The notes under the pieces: model-generated
What the model was told of the DNA's origin: nothing
Database searches by the model: none
Seen by the model: only the letters and a program-made list of their open reading frames with translations
Part shown: positions 46,710 through 54,529 of the stretch, one piece after another
Position numbering within the stretch: the stretch's first letter is position 1
How the letters are laid out: each line of letters opens with the position of its first letter
Program-made: the position numbers and the translations under genes
Source: an uncultured virus (IMG/VR IMGVR_UViG_3300045999_004337)
Lineage: Duplodnaviria > Heunggongvirae > Uroviricota > Caudoviricetes
DNA length: 63,371 nucleotides
Virus record (IMG/VR): IMGVR_UViG_3300045999_004337
Strand: one strand, 5' to 3'

Positions 46710-46954
46710 GCAACAAACCAGACATCGTGCATAGACTAGAGCGACAACCGCTATTCGTCACCCACGAAACATTCGGCAATCCTGTTTGCTGCGTGATGAC
46801 GAGCGAGACTTGCAAAATGAATCAAGAGGAGCGCATGGAGGCTGCATCGGAGATCAAACGCCTCCGCGCCGACCTCGAGAAAGTTCGCACAGAGCGCGAC
46901 CAAGCGTTGTGGGAATCAACACAGGACTTCTGGGGAAAGACAAGTGACTACTGA
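46706..46954 (+). CDS. Small protein of DIVxRL...EAAxEIxRL type
   Basis: DIVHRL...EAASEIKRLR; GTGA overlap. Confidence 0.75.
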   Translation: MSNKPDIVHRLERQPLFVTHETFGNPVCCVMTSETCKMNQEERMEAASEIKRLRADLEKVRTERDQALWESTQDFWGKTSDY

Positions 46955-47345
46955 AACATGGATCTTCATCGGCATCGGCATCTCACTGGTCTTGAACACC
47001 TACATGATCCTTTCGTACTACTGGGTTCATCAGATGACATCGAGGGTGAACGACCTTGAACGGAATCTGCTCACTCACGGCAAGGGACTTGACGACCTCT
47101 CCAGAAGGATTTACAACCTTGAGCGGCAATCCGAATATCTCACATACCAATTGAGCCTCCACGGCAACAGCATTGCAACCCTGAAGCCACTGACCGACTA
47201 CTTCGAGCACAAGAACAGGATGCAAGCAAAAACCAAACTTGCCGAACAGGATGAGTCTAAGATTGCAAAAGCAAAGAAACAGAAGGAAGAGGATGAGGCA
47301 AGACTCGCGGAACTGAAGAAGGAATTGGAAGGACTATTCAAGTGA
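46944..47345 (+). CDS. Membrane-anchored coiled-coil protein
   Basis: N-terminal TM segment plus heptad repeats. Confidence 0.75.
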   Translation: MTTETWIFIGIGISLVLNTYMILSYYWVHQMTSRVNDLERNLLTHGKGLDDLSRRIYNLERQSEYLTYQLSLHGNSIATLKPLTDYFEHKNRMQAKTKLAEQDESKIAKAKKQKEEDEARLAELKKELEGLFK

Positions 47346-47623
47346 AGCAGAACGAAGACCTCAAGTTCATCATCCACTTTGACCATGACTTCAGCAAGGA
47401 AATGTCGGAACAGATCGGCAACCACATCAAACAGCAATGGGAGAGTGGGATCATGGTCTTTCCGAATACTGTGTGCAGAGTGGTGATCATCGACAAGCAT
47501 GGAGATGCGAAGTACGAGTGGACTCGCCCCAAGGAGGTGATCATCGGTTCTCCCCCCAAGGAGGAAGAAAAGTCCTGGTTCAAGGAGGAAGAAAAGTCCT
47601 GGTTCTCTCGCTTGTTCTCGTAG
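47342..47623 (+). CDS. Hypothetical protein
   Basis: GTGA overlap; C-terminal duplicated KEEEKSWF. Confidence 0.7.
   Translation: MKQNEDLKFIIHFDHDFSKEMSEQIGNHIKQQWESGIMVFPNTVCRVVIIDKHGDAKYEWTRPKEVIIGSPPKEEEKSWFKEEEKSWFSRLFS
47557..47604 (+). repeat. Perfect 24-bp tandem duplication
   Basis: CAAGGAGGAAGAAAAGTCCTGGTT x2. Confidence 0.95.
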
Positions 47624-47663
47624 GGGTTGAACTTTGCTAAATATCTCCACAGAGGAGATTTCC

Positions 47664-48197
47664 ATGAAGACATACAGAGAGTTCGTAGCAGAGGCAGCAT
47701 CCCGTTCCCTTTCCCGCCTACACGGTCACCTACAGGCAGGGCATATGGTGGGGTTCATCTCCGCAAGCCGTGGGAATCTTTCTCCTGCCGAGAACAACAA
47801 GAGGACGAAGGAACTGCACAAGAGCCTCAAGGGGCATGGCTTTACCCCCGTCCCCGTCAAGGGCGAGTACATCGAAGACCACAATGGAGAGAAGAAGAAG
47901 GTAAAGGAGAAGACCTTCATGATCCATTCGGGTCAACTTTACGGTCATGCAGAGAATCCCACGAATGCGCATCGCGAGACGCTTCGCACCTTGAAGACGC
48001 TAGGAGCGCAGCATGATCAAGACACCGTCCTCACCGTCTCCAAGAAGCACGGCAGCGTGTTCCACGGCACGGGCAAGTCGGACTGGGTTCCGAAGGGCAA
48101 GAGGGCGCGTATCGGCGGTGCTGGAATCAGCACGAATGTTGGCGACTTCAACACTCGGTTGAAGGGCAAGAAGTTCATAGTAGGTGGAGGAGACTGA
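47664..48197 (+). CDS. Conserved T4-like phage protein, possibly capsid-internal
   Basis: MKTYREFVAEA leader resembling T4 capsid-targeting sequences; GFISASRG..ENNKRT motif. Confidence 0.8.
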   Translation: MKTYREFVAEAASRSLSRLHGHLQAGHMVGFISASRGNLSPAENNKRTKELHKSLKGHGFTPVPVKGEYIEDHNGEKKKVKEKTFMIHSGQLYGHAENPTNAHRETLRTLKTLGAQHDQDTVLTVSKKHGSVFHGTGKSDWVPKGKRARIGGAGISTNVGDFNTRLKGKKFIVGGGD

Positions 48198-48198
48198 G

Positions 48199-48423
48199 AT
48201 GAGTGGATTCTATTCGACATGGCTAAACCATCACTTTCGGGGAAAGCGCACATTCGATGTGCGACTTTTCAGGATGACACCCGCAGAGCGCATTGCCCGA
48301 TACGGGACGGACATGGTCGCTGAACTGCGACAGATGTCTCCCGAGGAGAGGAAGACCATCTACGGGTCGGACTTCTCCGAGTACCTGAATGTTTCTGCGT
48401 CGAACCCCATCCGCAGCGTTTGA
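48199..48423 (+). CDS. Hypothetical protein
   Basis: GGAG SD; internal MTPAER..YG / MSPEER..YG repeat. Confidence 0.7.
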   Translation: MSGFYSTWLNHHFRGKRTFDVRLFRMTPAERIARYGTDMVAELRQMSPEERKTIYGSDFSEYLNVSASNPIRSV

Positions 48424-48477
48424 TTCCAAATCAATAAGAAGATCCAAAGAGTCTTTTCGATTCTTGGTCGTGTGGTA

Positions 48478-48505
48478 TTGACTCCACCCCAGGATCGGTT
48501 AGACT
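48478..48505 (+). promoter_or_regulatory. Sigma70-like promoter
   Basis: TTGACT-16nt-TAGACT after an AT-rich stretch. Confidence 0.55.
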
Positions 48506-48593
48506 TGTGAAGCAACAGTTGAGGAGCGCACGGGGGCAGCCGATGCGCCAACCTCACCATCAAAGTGATGCTGCCCTTCAGGAGATTCAGACA

Positions 48594-48875
48594 ATGGCTA
48601 CCGCAACCAAGCCCACCCTCAGCAAGACCCGTCAGGTCATCAACCACCTCCGTTCGGGCAAGACCCTGACGCAGGATCAGGCGTTTAGCAAGTTCGGCGT
48701 GAGGAACCTCCGCGCCATGGTCTCGTCCATCCGTGAGCAGTTCGAGCGTTACGGCAACTGGATGCTCCAGACGGACACCAACAAGCGTGGCGAGACGGTC
48801 TACCGCCTCACCGACATCCACCCTGGTCAGCGCGTCTGGGGCTTCGACGCTCAGGGCAATCGTTACCGTCTTTGA
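48594..48875 (+). CDS. Winged-helix DNA-binding protein
   Basis: QVINHLRSGKTLTQDQAFSKFGVRNLRAMVSSIR...TVYRL; AGGAG SD. Confidence 0.8.
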   Translation: MATATKPTLSKTRQVINHLRSGKTLTQDQAFSKFGVRNLRAMVSSIREQFERYGNWMLQTDTNKRGETVYRLTDIHPGQRVWGFDAQGNRYRL

Positions 48876-48904
48876 ATGACGGGAATAGTTGAAACGGTCG
48901 CGTG

Positions 48905-49004
48905 GGAACGGCAGTCGGATACCGCGATCTATCCGATGATCATCGTCTAGCATGAGCCAGACGGCGGCAGGGCAAGGGGAGGACGCTCCCCTCCCTGCCG
49001 TTCC
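48905..49004 (+). ncRNA. Putative multi-branched structured RNA
   Basis: Closing helix GGAACGGCAG/CTGCCGTTCC enclosing three hairpins. Confidence 0.45.
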
Positions 49005-49023
49005 TGTTTTACGGAGGCATGTC

Positions 49024-49167
49024 ATGGACAACCGCAGACACAGCGCGGGGAAGGGAGACTCTCCCCGTCCCGTTGACCGCAAGAAGTGGTCGGAGAACTG
49101 GGACAGGATCTTCGGGAAGAAGCCGAAGAAGCAGTCCGTGCAGAAGAAGACCAAGAAGTCACGATAG
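49024..49167 (+). CDS. Small basic protein
   Basis: GKGDSPRPVD..KWSENWDRIF; GGAGG SD. Confidence 0.75.
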   Translation: MDNRRHSAGKGDSPRPVDRKKWSENWDRIFGKKPKKQSVQKKTKKSR

Positions 49168-49181
49168 TCAAACTTCCACAT

Positions 49182-49255
49182 ACACCTGTAACTCAGTAGG
49201 ATAGAGTAACGGTTTTCTAAACCGTCAGTCACAGGTTCGAGTCCTGTCGGGTGTG
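49182..49255 (+). tRNA. tRNA-Arg(UCU)
   Basis: ACGGT-TTTCTAA-ACCGT. Confidence 0.95.
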
Positions 49256-49271
49256 CTTTATGAAACACACA

Positions 49272-49565
49272 ATGCCAAGCAAAACCAAGAAAGTCTATTG
49301 TCGCTACGGGGAAGAACGCCTGATCGTTGACCACGGTCACGGCGTGTACACCATGAGCGGAAAGTGCGGCTACTACCGCGCTGGAAACGACCCATCGGGG
49401 AAGGGGATCGCATTCTTCGATCCTTCGGGTGGTCCGTTCATCGGGAAGGGAGAGATGGGCGTTCCGCTTGATGAGTTCGGTGGTCGCGTGGTCACGGACA
49501 TCATCATCGAATCCGCTGCCGAGGGTCACTTCAAGATCACGGTGGAGACGGAGGAACCCGCTTAG
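49272..49565 (+). CDS. Hypothetical protein
   Basis: CRYG..R and FFDPSGGPFI motifs. Confidence 0.75.
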   Translation: MPSKTKKVYCRYGEERLIVDHGHGVYTMSGKCGYYRAGNDPSGKGIAFFDPSGGPFIGKGEMGVPLDEFGGRVVTDIIIESAAEGHFKITVETEEPA

Positions 49566-49600
49566 GGAGGTGGCTATACATAAAGTAGGAGAACCACCAA

Positions 49601-49960
49601 ATGTACATAACCAGCCTTCTCACTCTTCAGAACCAACTTCGCATATTCCATTGGCAGACCACATCGTATGCGGAGCATGAGGCATTCGGAAAGGCATACG
49701 GAGATCTAGGAGACCTGATCGACACATTCATCGAGACGATGATGGGAAAGAAGGGGAGGATCCTCTCCAGCGGTGGATTCAGCATCCACCTCACCAACTA
49801 CCGCGAGACTGATCCCGTGGCATTCCTCAAGCAGTACGATACCTACCTCACATCGCTGGACGACGAGTTGTTGGAAGGAGACACGGAACTCAAGAACATC
49901 AGGGACGAGATGAAGGGCGTGGTGAACCACACAATCTACCTGCTCACCCTCAACAAGTGA
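49601..49960 (+). CDS. Ferritin/Dps-like four-helix protein
   Basis: HWQTTSYAEHEAFG, DLIDTFIE, NIRDEM...YLLTL. Confidence 0.85.
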   Translation: MYITSLLTLQNQLRIFHWQTTSYAEHEAFGKAYGDLGDLIDTFIETMMGKKGRILSSGGFSIHLTNYRETDPVAFLKQYDTYLTSLDDELLEGDTELKNIRDEMKGVVNHTIYLLTLNK

Positions 49961-49966
49961 GCAAAC

Positions 49967-50238
49967 GACATCGTTGATCTTTGCATACTACCTGGTCACA
50001 CGGGGGTTCGATACCCCCCGACTCCATTCAAACCTACGGGGTCGAACTGGAATCGACGGCTAGATGTTCGCAACAGGGAGATGTCCGAGAGGTCGCTGAC
50101 AACCCTCGTAAAATCCCAATGTCGGCAACCATAAACGCCGCGAACATGCGGATGGCTGCTTGAAGCAGTGGGGTCCGATCCACCCGCGACTGAACGGATC
50201 ATCGGCACAGGGTCTCCGAAAGGAGGCTTTGTGCTTTT
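49967..50238 (+). ncRNA. ssrA: Circularly permuted (two-piece) tmRNA; tag AANMRMAA*
   Basis: Acceptor piece ends GGGGG-TTCGATA-CCCCC-CGACTCC-A (50026); 11-nt spacer; coding piece starts GGGGTCG-AACTGGAATCGAC (50038) with G3.U70; P2 pairings; pseudoknot 1; ATAAAC|GCC resume at 50137; TGA in the loop of GCTGCT/AGCAGT. Confidence 0.9.
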
Positions 50239-50239
50239 C
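50205..50239 (+). terminator. Intrinsic terminator after tmRNA
   Basis: GCACAGGGTCTCC-GAAA-GGAGGCTTTGTGC-TTTT. Confidence 0.7.
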
Positions 50240-50293
50240 GGGAAGCCATAGATAGCCATGTACCCGTGATAGTTTCAGAATGGAGTCACCATC

Positions 50294-50752
50294 ATGGAGC
50301 AGCCCCCTATGGCATTCCTCACACCTGAGTTCATCTCCCTCATCGGAGGAAGCCTCGTCGGCTTCCTCTTCCGCCACATGGCAGAGAAGCGGGAGAACGA
50401 ACGGCAGATGGTCGAGAACATCATCAACCTCAACAAGCAGTCGAACGAGAACCACGACAAGGCTGTCGAAAGGGTTCCCATCGACATGGGCAAGACCATT
50501 CGGCGGATCATCGTCCTCGCGGTGCTGTTTGCCACGATGCTTGCCCCGTTCATCCTTCCGTTCTTCGGCATCCCGACCTTCCTCGAGGTGGATCAGTCCA
50601 ATCCCGACAGGCTCTTCGGGCTGATTCCCGCCTACACGCAGAAGTTCATAGTCGAGATCAACGGGTTCATCTATCCATCCGAGAACAGGCAGATCCTACT
50701 GAGCCTCGTAGGCTTCTACTTCGGCAATGCCGCAGGAAAAGGAAAGACCTAA
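50294..50752 (+). CDS. Multi-TM membrane protein (holin candidate)
   Basis: Three hydrophobic segments, C-terminal VGFYFG. Confidence 0.6.
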   Translation: MEQPPMAFLTPEFISLIGGSLVGFLFRHMAEKRENERQMVENIINLNKQSNENHDKAVERVPIDMGKTIRRIIVLAVLFATMLAPFILPFFGIPTFLEVDQSNPDRLFGLIPAYTQKFIVEINGFIYPSENRQILLSLVGFYFGNAAGKGKT

Positions 50753-51024
50753 TGCGCACAATCACAGCAATCGTCCTCTCTCTCATGCTCTACGGCTGCT
50801 CCGTGACCCCGAAGGTCATCCCCGACGAGACCAAGGGAAGCGCGATGACCCGCAAGATCGACAAGGACACGGAGATGGGCAAGCCGTTACAGACTGGATA
50901 CGGGTGGATCCTCTGGTACATACCCGTTGTCGTGGTCGCGATGGCTTGGGGATACCGAGAGTTCTTCCGAAAGCCGACTCCAGAGGACGATTCGACTCCC
51001 AAGAAGACCAAGAGACGCAAGTAG
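50752..51024 (+). CDS. Lipoprotein with C-terminal TM segment (u-spanin-like architecture)
   Basis: Lipobox LYG|C; TM WILWYIPVVVVAMAWGY; basic tail. Confidence 0.55.
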   Translation: MRTITAIVLSLMLYGCSVTPKVIPDETKGSAMTRKIDKDTEMGKPLQTGYGWILWYIPVVVVAMAWGYREFFRKPTPEDDSTPKKTKRRK

Positions 51025-51155
51025 ACGGCTCACGGAGAGGCTTCAACCATCACAAAAGCACCGAAACCACAATTCGTTGTGGTTTTTGTGTCAAATTTGA
51101 CTGATTTTCCTTGTCCAAAGGCTGTTCTAGGGTCGGTTTTGGTGGTTTTTCGGTC

Positions 51156-51182
51156 GTAAGTGCTTACCAGACCGAAACTTAC
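51156..51182. promoter_or_regulatory. Palindromic operator-like site GTAAGT-N15-ACTTAC
   Basis: Same half-sites and spacing at 58070; both about 40 bp upstream of a -35 box. Confidence 0.55.
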
Positions 51183-51222
51183 AACGATTTTCGTCGTTTT
51201 GGGGCTGTTTCGGCTGTCCCTG

Positions 51223-51251
51223 TGGACAAAACCTTCGGAATAGACGATACT
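51223..51251 (+). promoter_or_regulatory. Sigma70-like promoter (probably leaderless mRNA)
   Basis: TGGACA-17nt-GATACT with ATG 6 nt later. Confidence 0.6.
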
Positions 51252-51257
51252 AGTGGT

Positions 51258-51674
51258 ATGGATTCAGGTTCCGACCACGCCCTTTCCCTCTCCCGCCTCT
51301 CCGACGATGCCATGCAGCGCGGCTATCCCGACAACTTCTCCTCGCAGGAGGAGTGGGATGCCTACAACGAGCGTCTCGACGCTGAGGAGCGCACCGCAGA
51401 GCATCGCGCCCTGCACGGCACGGACGAAGTCGCCGTCAACTACCCCGAGACGGTAGTTCTCCGTGCTGCCGATGGGTGCGAGTCGTGCGGCGGCAAGGGA
51501 TTCGTGGTCGAGTCGCACGGCGAGGAGATCGACTGCGACTGCTGCTTCTATGCCGACCTCTCTCCCGACGAGACGGCGGCTGTCGAGATGGGGTCTTACA
51601 TCATCCAGCCTTCCGACTCGTATGTCCGCAAGATGGCTGAACGCGCCGAAGTCGAACCCGAAGGAGGCAACTGA
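51258..51674 (+). CDS. Acidic protein with zinc-finger-like motif
   Basis: CESCGGKG...DCDC. Confidence 0.75.
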   Translation: MDSGSDHALSLSRLSDDAMQRGYPDNFSSQEEWDAYNERLDAEERTAEHRALHGTDEVAVNYPETVVLRAADGCESCGGKGFVVESHGEEIDCDCCFYADLSPDETAAVEMGSYIIQPSDSYVRKMAERAEVEPEGGN

Positions 51675-51678
51675 GAAC

Positions 51679-52629
51679 ATGAGCAAGTACCGCACGAACA
51701 CGAAGCATCCAGTCGCGCCGCCGTACAAGAGCCACCGAACCAAGAGCAACGCCGTGACCGTCCCCGCCAACTCCATCAACCCCGACTACTTCAAGACCGC
51801 CCATGCCCATGAGGGCGTGGTTCGCAATCTCAAGAATGTGTATGGTCCCCTCACTCGCAGCAGCGGGATGAGCGCGTGGCGCGTGTGGGTTCGCATCACG
51901 ACCACCGAAGGGTGGGTTCTCATGGGCTACATCGGCAATGCCGCGACCGAGGCTGAACTGCCGAAGGTGGTCAAGGGCGACAAGATCATCCTTGATCCTC
52001 TCGTCCTCTCTTCGTGGCAGCGCGTGGACGGCATGGACGAGCGTCCCGCCGACTTCTCCCGCACCCTGCACGGCAAGATCGTGCGCGGTGCGGCTGCTGC
52101 GGCTCCCGCGACCGTGCCGCTGACGAACAAGCCTTTGGCTACGGGGGTGTCCTTCACGGCGGCAGTTCAGTCGAGTGTGGCTGCTGCTTCGGCTCCTGCC
52201 CCTCGCCGCCGATCCTCCCGCTCCCAATGGCTGAAGCAGAACGAGGCTCTCCGCGACAGCCTTGCCATCCCCGCGATCTGGTGCCTGACCAACACCACCG
52301 ACGAGAGCCACCTGAAGGTCTTCCTGCCGAATGTGTGGAACGGCTCATACGAAATCCGCGAGTACCGCAGGAACGATGCGGGATTGTGGATCTTCCGTGA
52401 GGGGCGTTCGTGCGTCCGCAAGGAAGATGCCGTTGCCCAATGGAAGAGCGACGAGTCCAGCGGCAAGTGGGGCAACCGCCGCAACATCACCAAGTACATC
52501 GATGTGGATGAGATCTTCAATGGATGGGGTGCTGAACATCCCGCCGACAGGTATGCGCGTCTCATCGGCGGCACGGACTTCGTCACCCTCACCGTCACCT
52601 TCGGCAACTCGTTCCCCCGCAAGTCCTGA
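51679..52629 (+). CDS. Hypothetical protein (two domains, Ala-rich linker)
   Basis: GGAGG SD; C/G-ending codon bias. Confidence 0.8.
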   Translation: MSKYRTNTKHPVAPPYKSHRTKSNAVTVPANSINPDYFKTAHAHEGVVRNLKNVYGPLTRSSGMSAWRVWVRITTTEGWVLMGYIGNAATEAELPKVVKGDKIILDPLVLSSWQRVDGMDERPADFSRTLHGKIVRGAAAAAPATVPLTNKPLATGVSFTAAVQSSVAAASAPAPRRRSSRSQWLKQNEALRDSLAIPAIWCLTNTTDESHLKVFLPNVWNGSYEIREYRRNDAGLWIFREGRSCVRKEDAVAQWKSDESSGKWGNRRNITKYIDVDEIFNGWGAEHPADRYARLIGGTDFVTLTVTFGNSFPRKS

Positions 52630-52647
52630 ACGAAAGGAACAGACACC

Positions 52648-53175
52648 ATGAATACGCTCACCTACACCAATTTCCGCGCTGCGCTGTACGATCTTCCCCG
52701 TGATGTGCGGATCAAGTTCGCGCTCTGGTGCATCGGACGCGCCAACAAGTTCGCTTATTCGGATGTCAATCCGCAACTCGCCGTCGTGCATCGTTATCTC
52801 GACGGCAAGGCAACCAAGGAAGAGGTTGCTTCCGCGAGGGATGTTCTCTATCGTTCTCCCGTCTGTTCATCCGTCCGTGCGGTGTATAGCCTTTGCTGCG
52901 ACATCTGCGAGGAGAACTCGCAGGGTGAACCTTCATTGGATCAGTCGTGCTTCGGGGCTATCTCCGTCTCTGCGTATGGCGTGTCGTTGGGAGTCGCTGA
53001 GAAGAAGTGGGAGAAGTGGATACTGAAGCATGAGTTTCAGTATCCGCCTCTGAGTTGCGGACGGCAGCAAGAGGAGAGGGCGGGATTTGATGCGATGCGG
53101 AAGGAAGCCCGTAAGAAGGAGCATGCCACGCAGACGAAGGAACTCATTCGACTTCTAGAGGAGACCAAGCGATGA
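52648..53175 (+). CDS. Hypothetical protein related to the next gene
   Basis: KFALWC...RYLDGKATKEE and C-terminal LIRLLEETKR shared with 53172. Confidence 0.8.
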   Translation: MNTLTYTNFRAALYDLPRDVRIKFALWCIGRANKFAYSDVNPQLAVVHRYLDGKATKEEVASARDVLYRSPVCSSVRAVYSLCCDICEENSQGEPSLDQSCFGAISVSAYGVSLGVAEKKWEKWILKHEFQYPPLSCGRQQEERAGFDAMRKEARKKEHATQTKELIRLLEETKR

Positions 53176-53666
53176 CTGACACCGACATCAATCGTCTGAT
53201 CGACCGCCTGTCCGACCGCCAACGCCGAGAGTTCGGGCTATGGTGCGCCGAGCGCATCCGCCACCTGATGACCGACCCGCGTAGCACCGCCGCTCTCGAT
53301 GTCGTGGCGCGGCATCTGCGCGGCGAGGCGACCGACGCGGAACTGGCTGCGGCAACGGCTGCGGCGTGGGCTGCGGCTGCGGCGCGGGCTGCGGCGGCGG
53401 CGTGGTCTGCGGCGGCGTGGGCGCGGGATGCGGCGTGGTCTGCGGCAGATGCGGCGTGGTCTGCGGCGTGGGATGCGGCGTGGGCTGCGGCGCGGGATGC
53501 GGCGCGGGCTGCGGCGGCTGCGGCTGCGGCGCGGGCTGCGGCGTGGTCTGCGGCAGATGCGGCTTCGGCTGCGGCGCGGGCTGCGGCGTGGTCTGCGGCA
53601 TGGGATGCAGAACGCGCCGCGCAGTTTGCAGAACTGAACCGTCTTCTGGAGGAAACCAAGCGATGA
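53172..53666 (+). CDS. Ala/Trp low-complexity repeat protein
   Basis: FGLWCAERI..DPRSTAALDV...GEATDAEL followed by AAW(S/A/D) repeats. Confidence 0.8.
   Translation: MTDTDINRLIDRLSDRQRREFGLWCAERIRHLMTDPRSTAALDVVARHLRGEATDAELAAATAAAWAAAAARAAAAAWSAAAWARDAAWSAADAAWSAAWDAAWAAARDAARAAAAAAAARAAAWSAADAASAAARAAAWSAAWDAERAAQFAELNRLLEETKR
53346..53609 (+). repeat. Degenerate 9/12-bp coding repeats GCGGCG(TGG/CGG)(GCT/TCT/GAT)
   Basis: Directly visible. Confidence 0.9.
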
Positions 53667-53950
53667 CTGACAACAAGAACGACATCTCGTCCCGCATCAC
53701 CGACCGCCTCGAACTCGTCCGCGTCGAGACTGCCAACTGCCGTGCAGGTCGCACCTACGGCTTTCCCGACGAGATCAAGGCGATGATCTTGACCAACCTT
53801 GCCCATGCCCGTTGGAACCGTCCTCTCCTTGACGAAGCGACCAAGCGGCTCCATGATGTCACGGAGTATGAGGTTCGTTGGCAGTTTGGCGACCTCGACC
53901 GCCTCATTGAGGCAGAAACCGACCGTTTGTCGGAGGAAGAGGGGGATTGA
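53663..53950 (+). CDS. Hypothetical protein
   Basis: MTDNKNDI start; ATGA overlap. Confidence 0.75.
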   Translation: MTDNKNDISSRITDRLELVRVETANCRAGRTYGFPDEIKAMILTNLAHARWNRPLLDEATKRLHDVTEYEVRWQFGDLDRLIEAETDRLSEEEGD

Positions 53951-53975
53951 CACCATCCCCGCCTTCGGATAGAAT
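53947..53975 (+). promoter_or_regulatory. Sigma70-like promoter
   Basis: TTGACA-17nt-TAGAAT. Confidence 0.7.
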
Positions 53976-54021
53976 CATACCACTCGACCGATCCGTTTCC
54001 CAAACCTTTCAGGAGAACCTT

Positions 54022-54477
54022 ATGCCGACCAAGACCAAGAAGACCAAGCGCACCGCGAAGACTACCAAGAGCAAGACCAAGGTGGTCGTGACTGCCGCCG
54101 TCCGTCCTGCGGGTCGCTCGACCCGATCCGCCACCGCGTCTGCCATGAGCAGCGGGCTTGCCGCGCTGACCGAGGCAGGATCTCGCAGCACGGCACAGGT
54201 GAAGCCCACGACCGCGTCCAAGCCCAAGTCGGGCAAGGAACCTTCGCTCGTCTTCGAGGCTCCTGCGGTGCAGAAGCACACCCGTGCCGAAGCGGAGGAG
54301 GCGATCCGCGACCTCCGTGCCATCGTCGCCAAGATGTACGGGGACGGCAAGTTCAAGAACTCGGCGGCTCTCATGGTTCCGCTGACCGACATCGACAACG
54401 CGACCTACTACAAGTCCAGCGGGTGCTACGACCGCAGCATCGACATCTGCAACAAGTGCAAGGACAAGATCAACTGA
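54022..54477 (+). CDS. Protein with basic K/T-rich N-terminus
   Basis: AGGAG SD; MPTKTKKTKRTAKTTKSK. Confidence 0.8.
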   Translation: MPTKTKKTKRTAKTTKSKTKVVVTAAVRPAGRSTRSATASAMSSGLAALTEAGSRSTAQVKPTTASKPKSGKEPSLVFEAPAVQKHTRAEAEEAIRDLRAIVAKMYGDGKFKNSAALMVPLTDIDNATYYKSSGCYDRSIDICNKCKDKIN

Positions 54478-54529
54478 CACAGCCCGAGCGACAGAAAACC
54501 CCGAATCAGACCGACAGGAGAAACCCATC

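Noticed and set aside
48930..48965. Hammerhead ribozyme
   Set aside because: CCGATGA differs from the CUGAUGA core and there is no correctly placed GAAA
49981..50163. 60-aa ORF in the track
   Set aside because: It overlaps the tmRNA; only its last eight codons are meaningful, as the tag
53346..53609. CRISPR array or diversity-generating retroelement repeat; Cys/Gly-rich and Arg-rich alternative frames
   Set aside because: No unique spacers, no reverse transcriptase, no adenine-specific variation; alternative frames are by-products of the Ala-codon repeat
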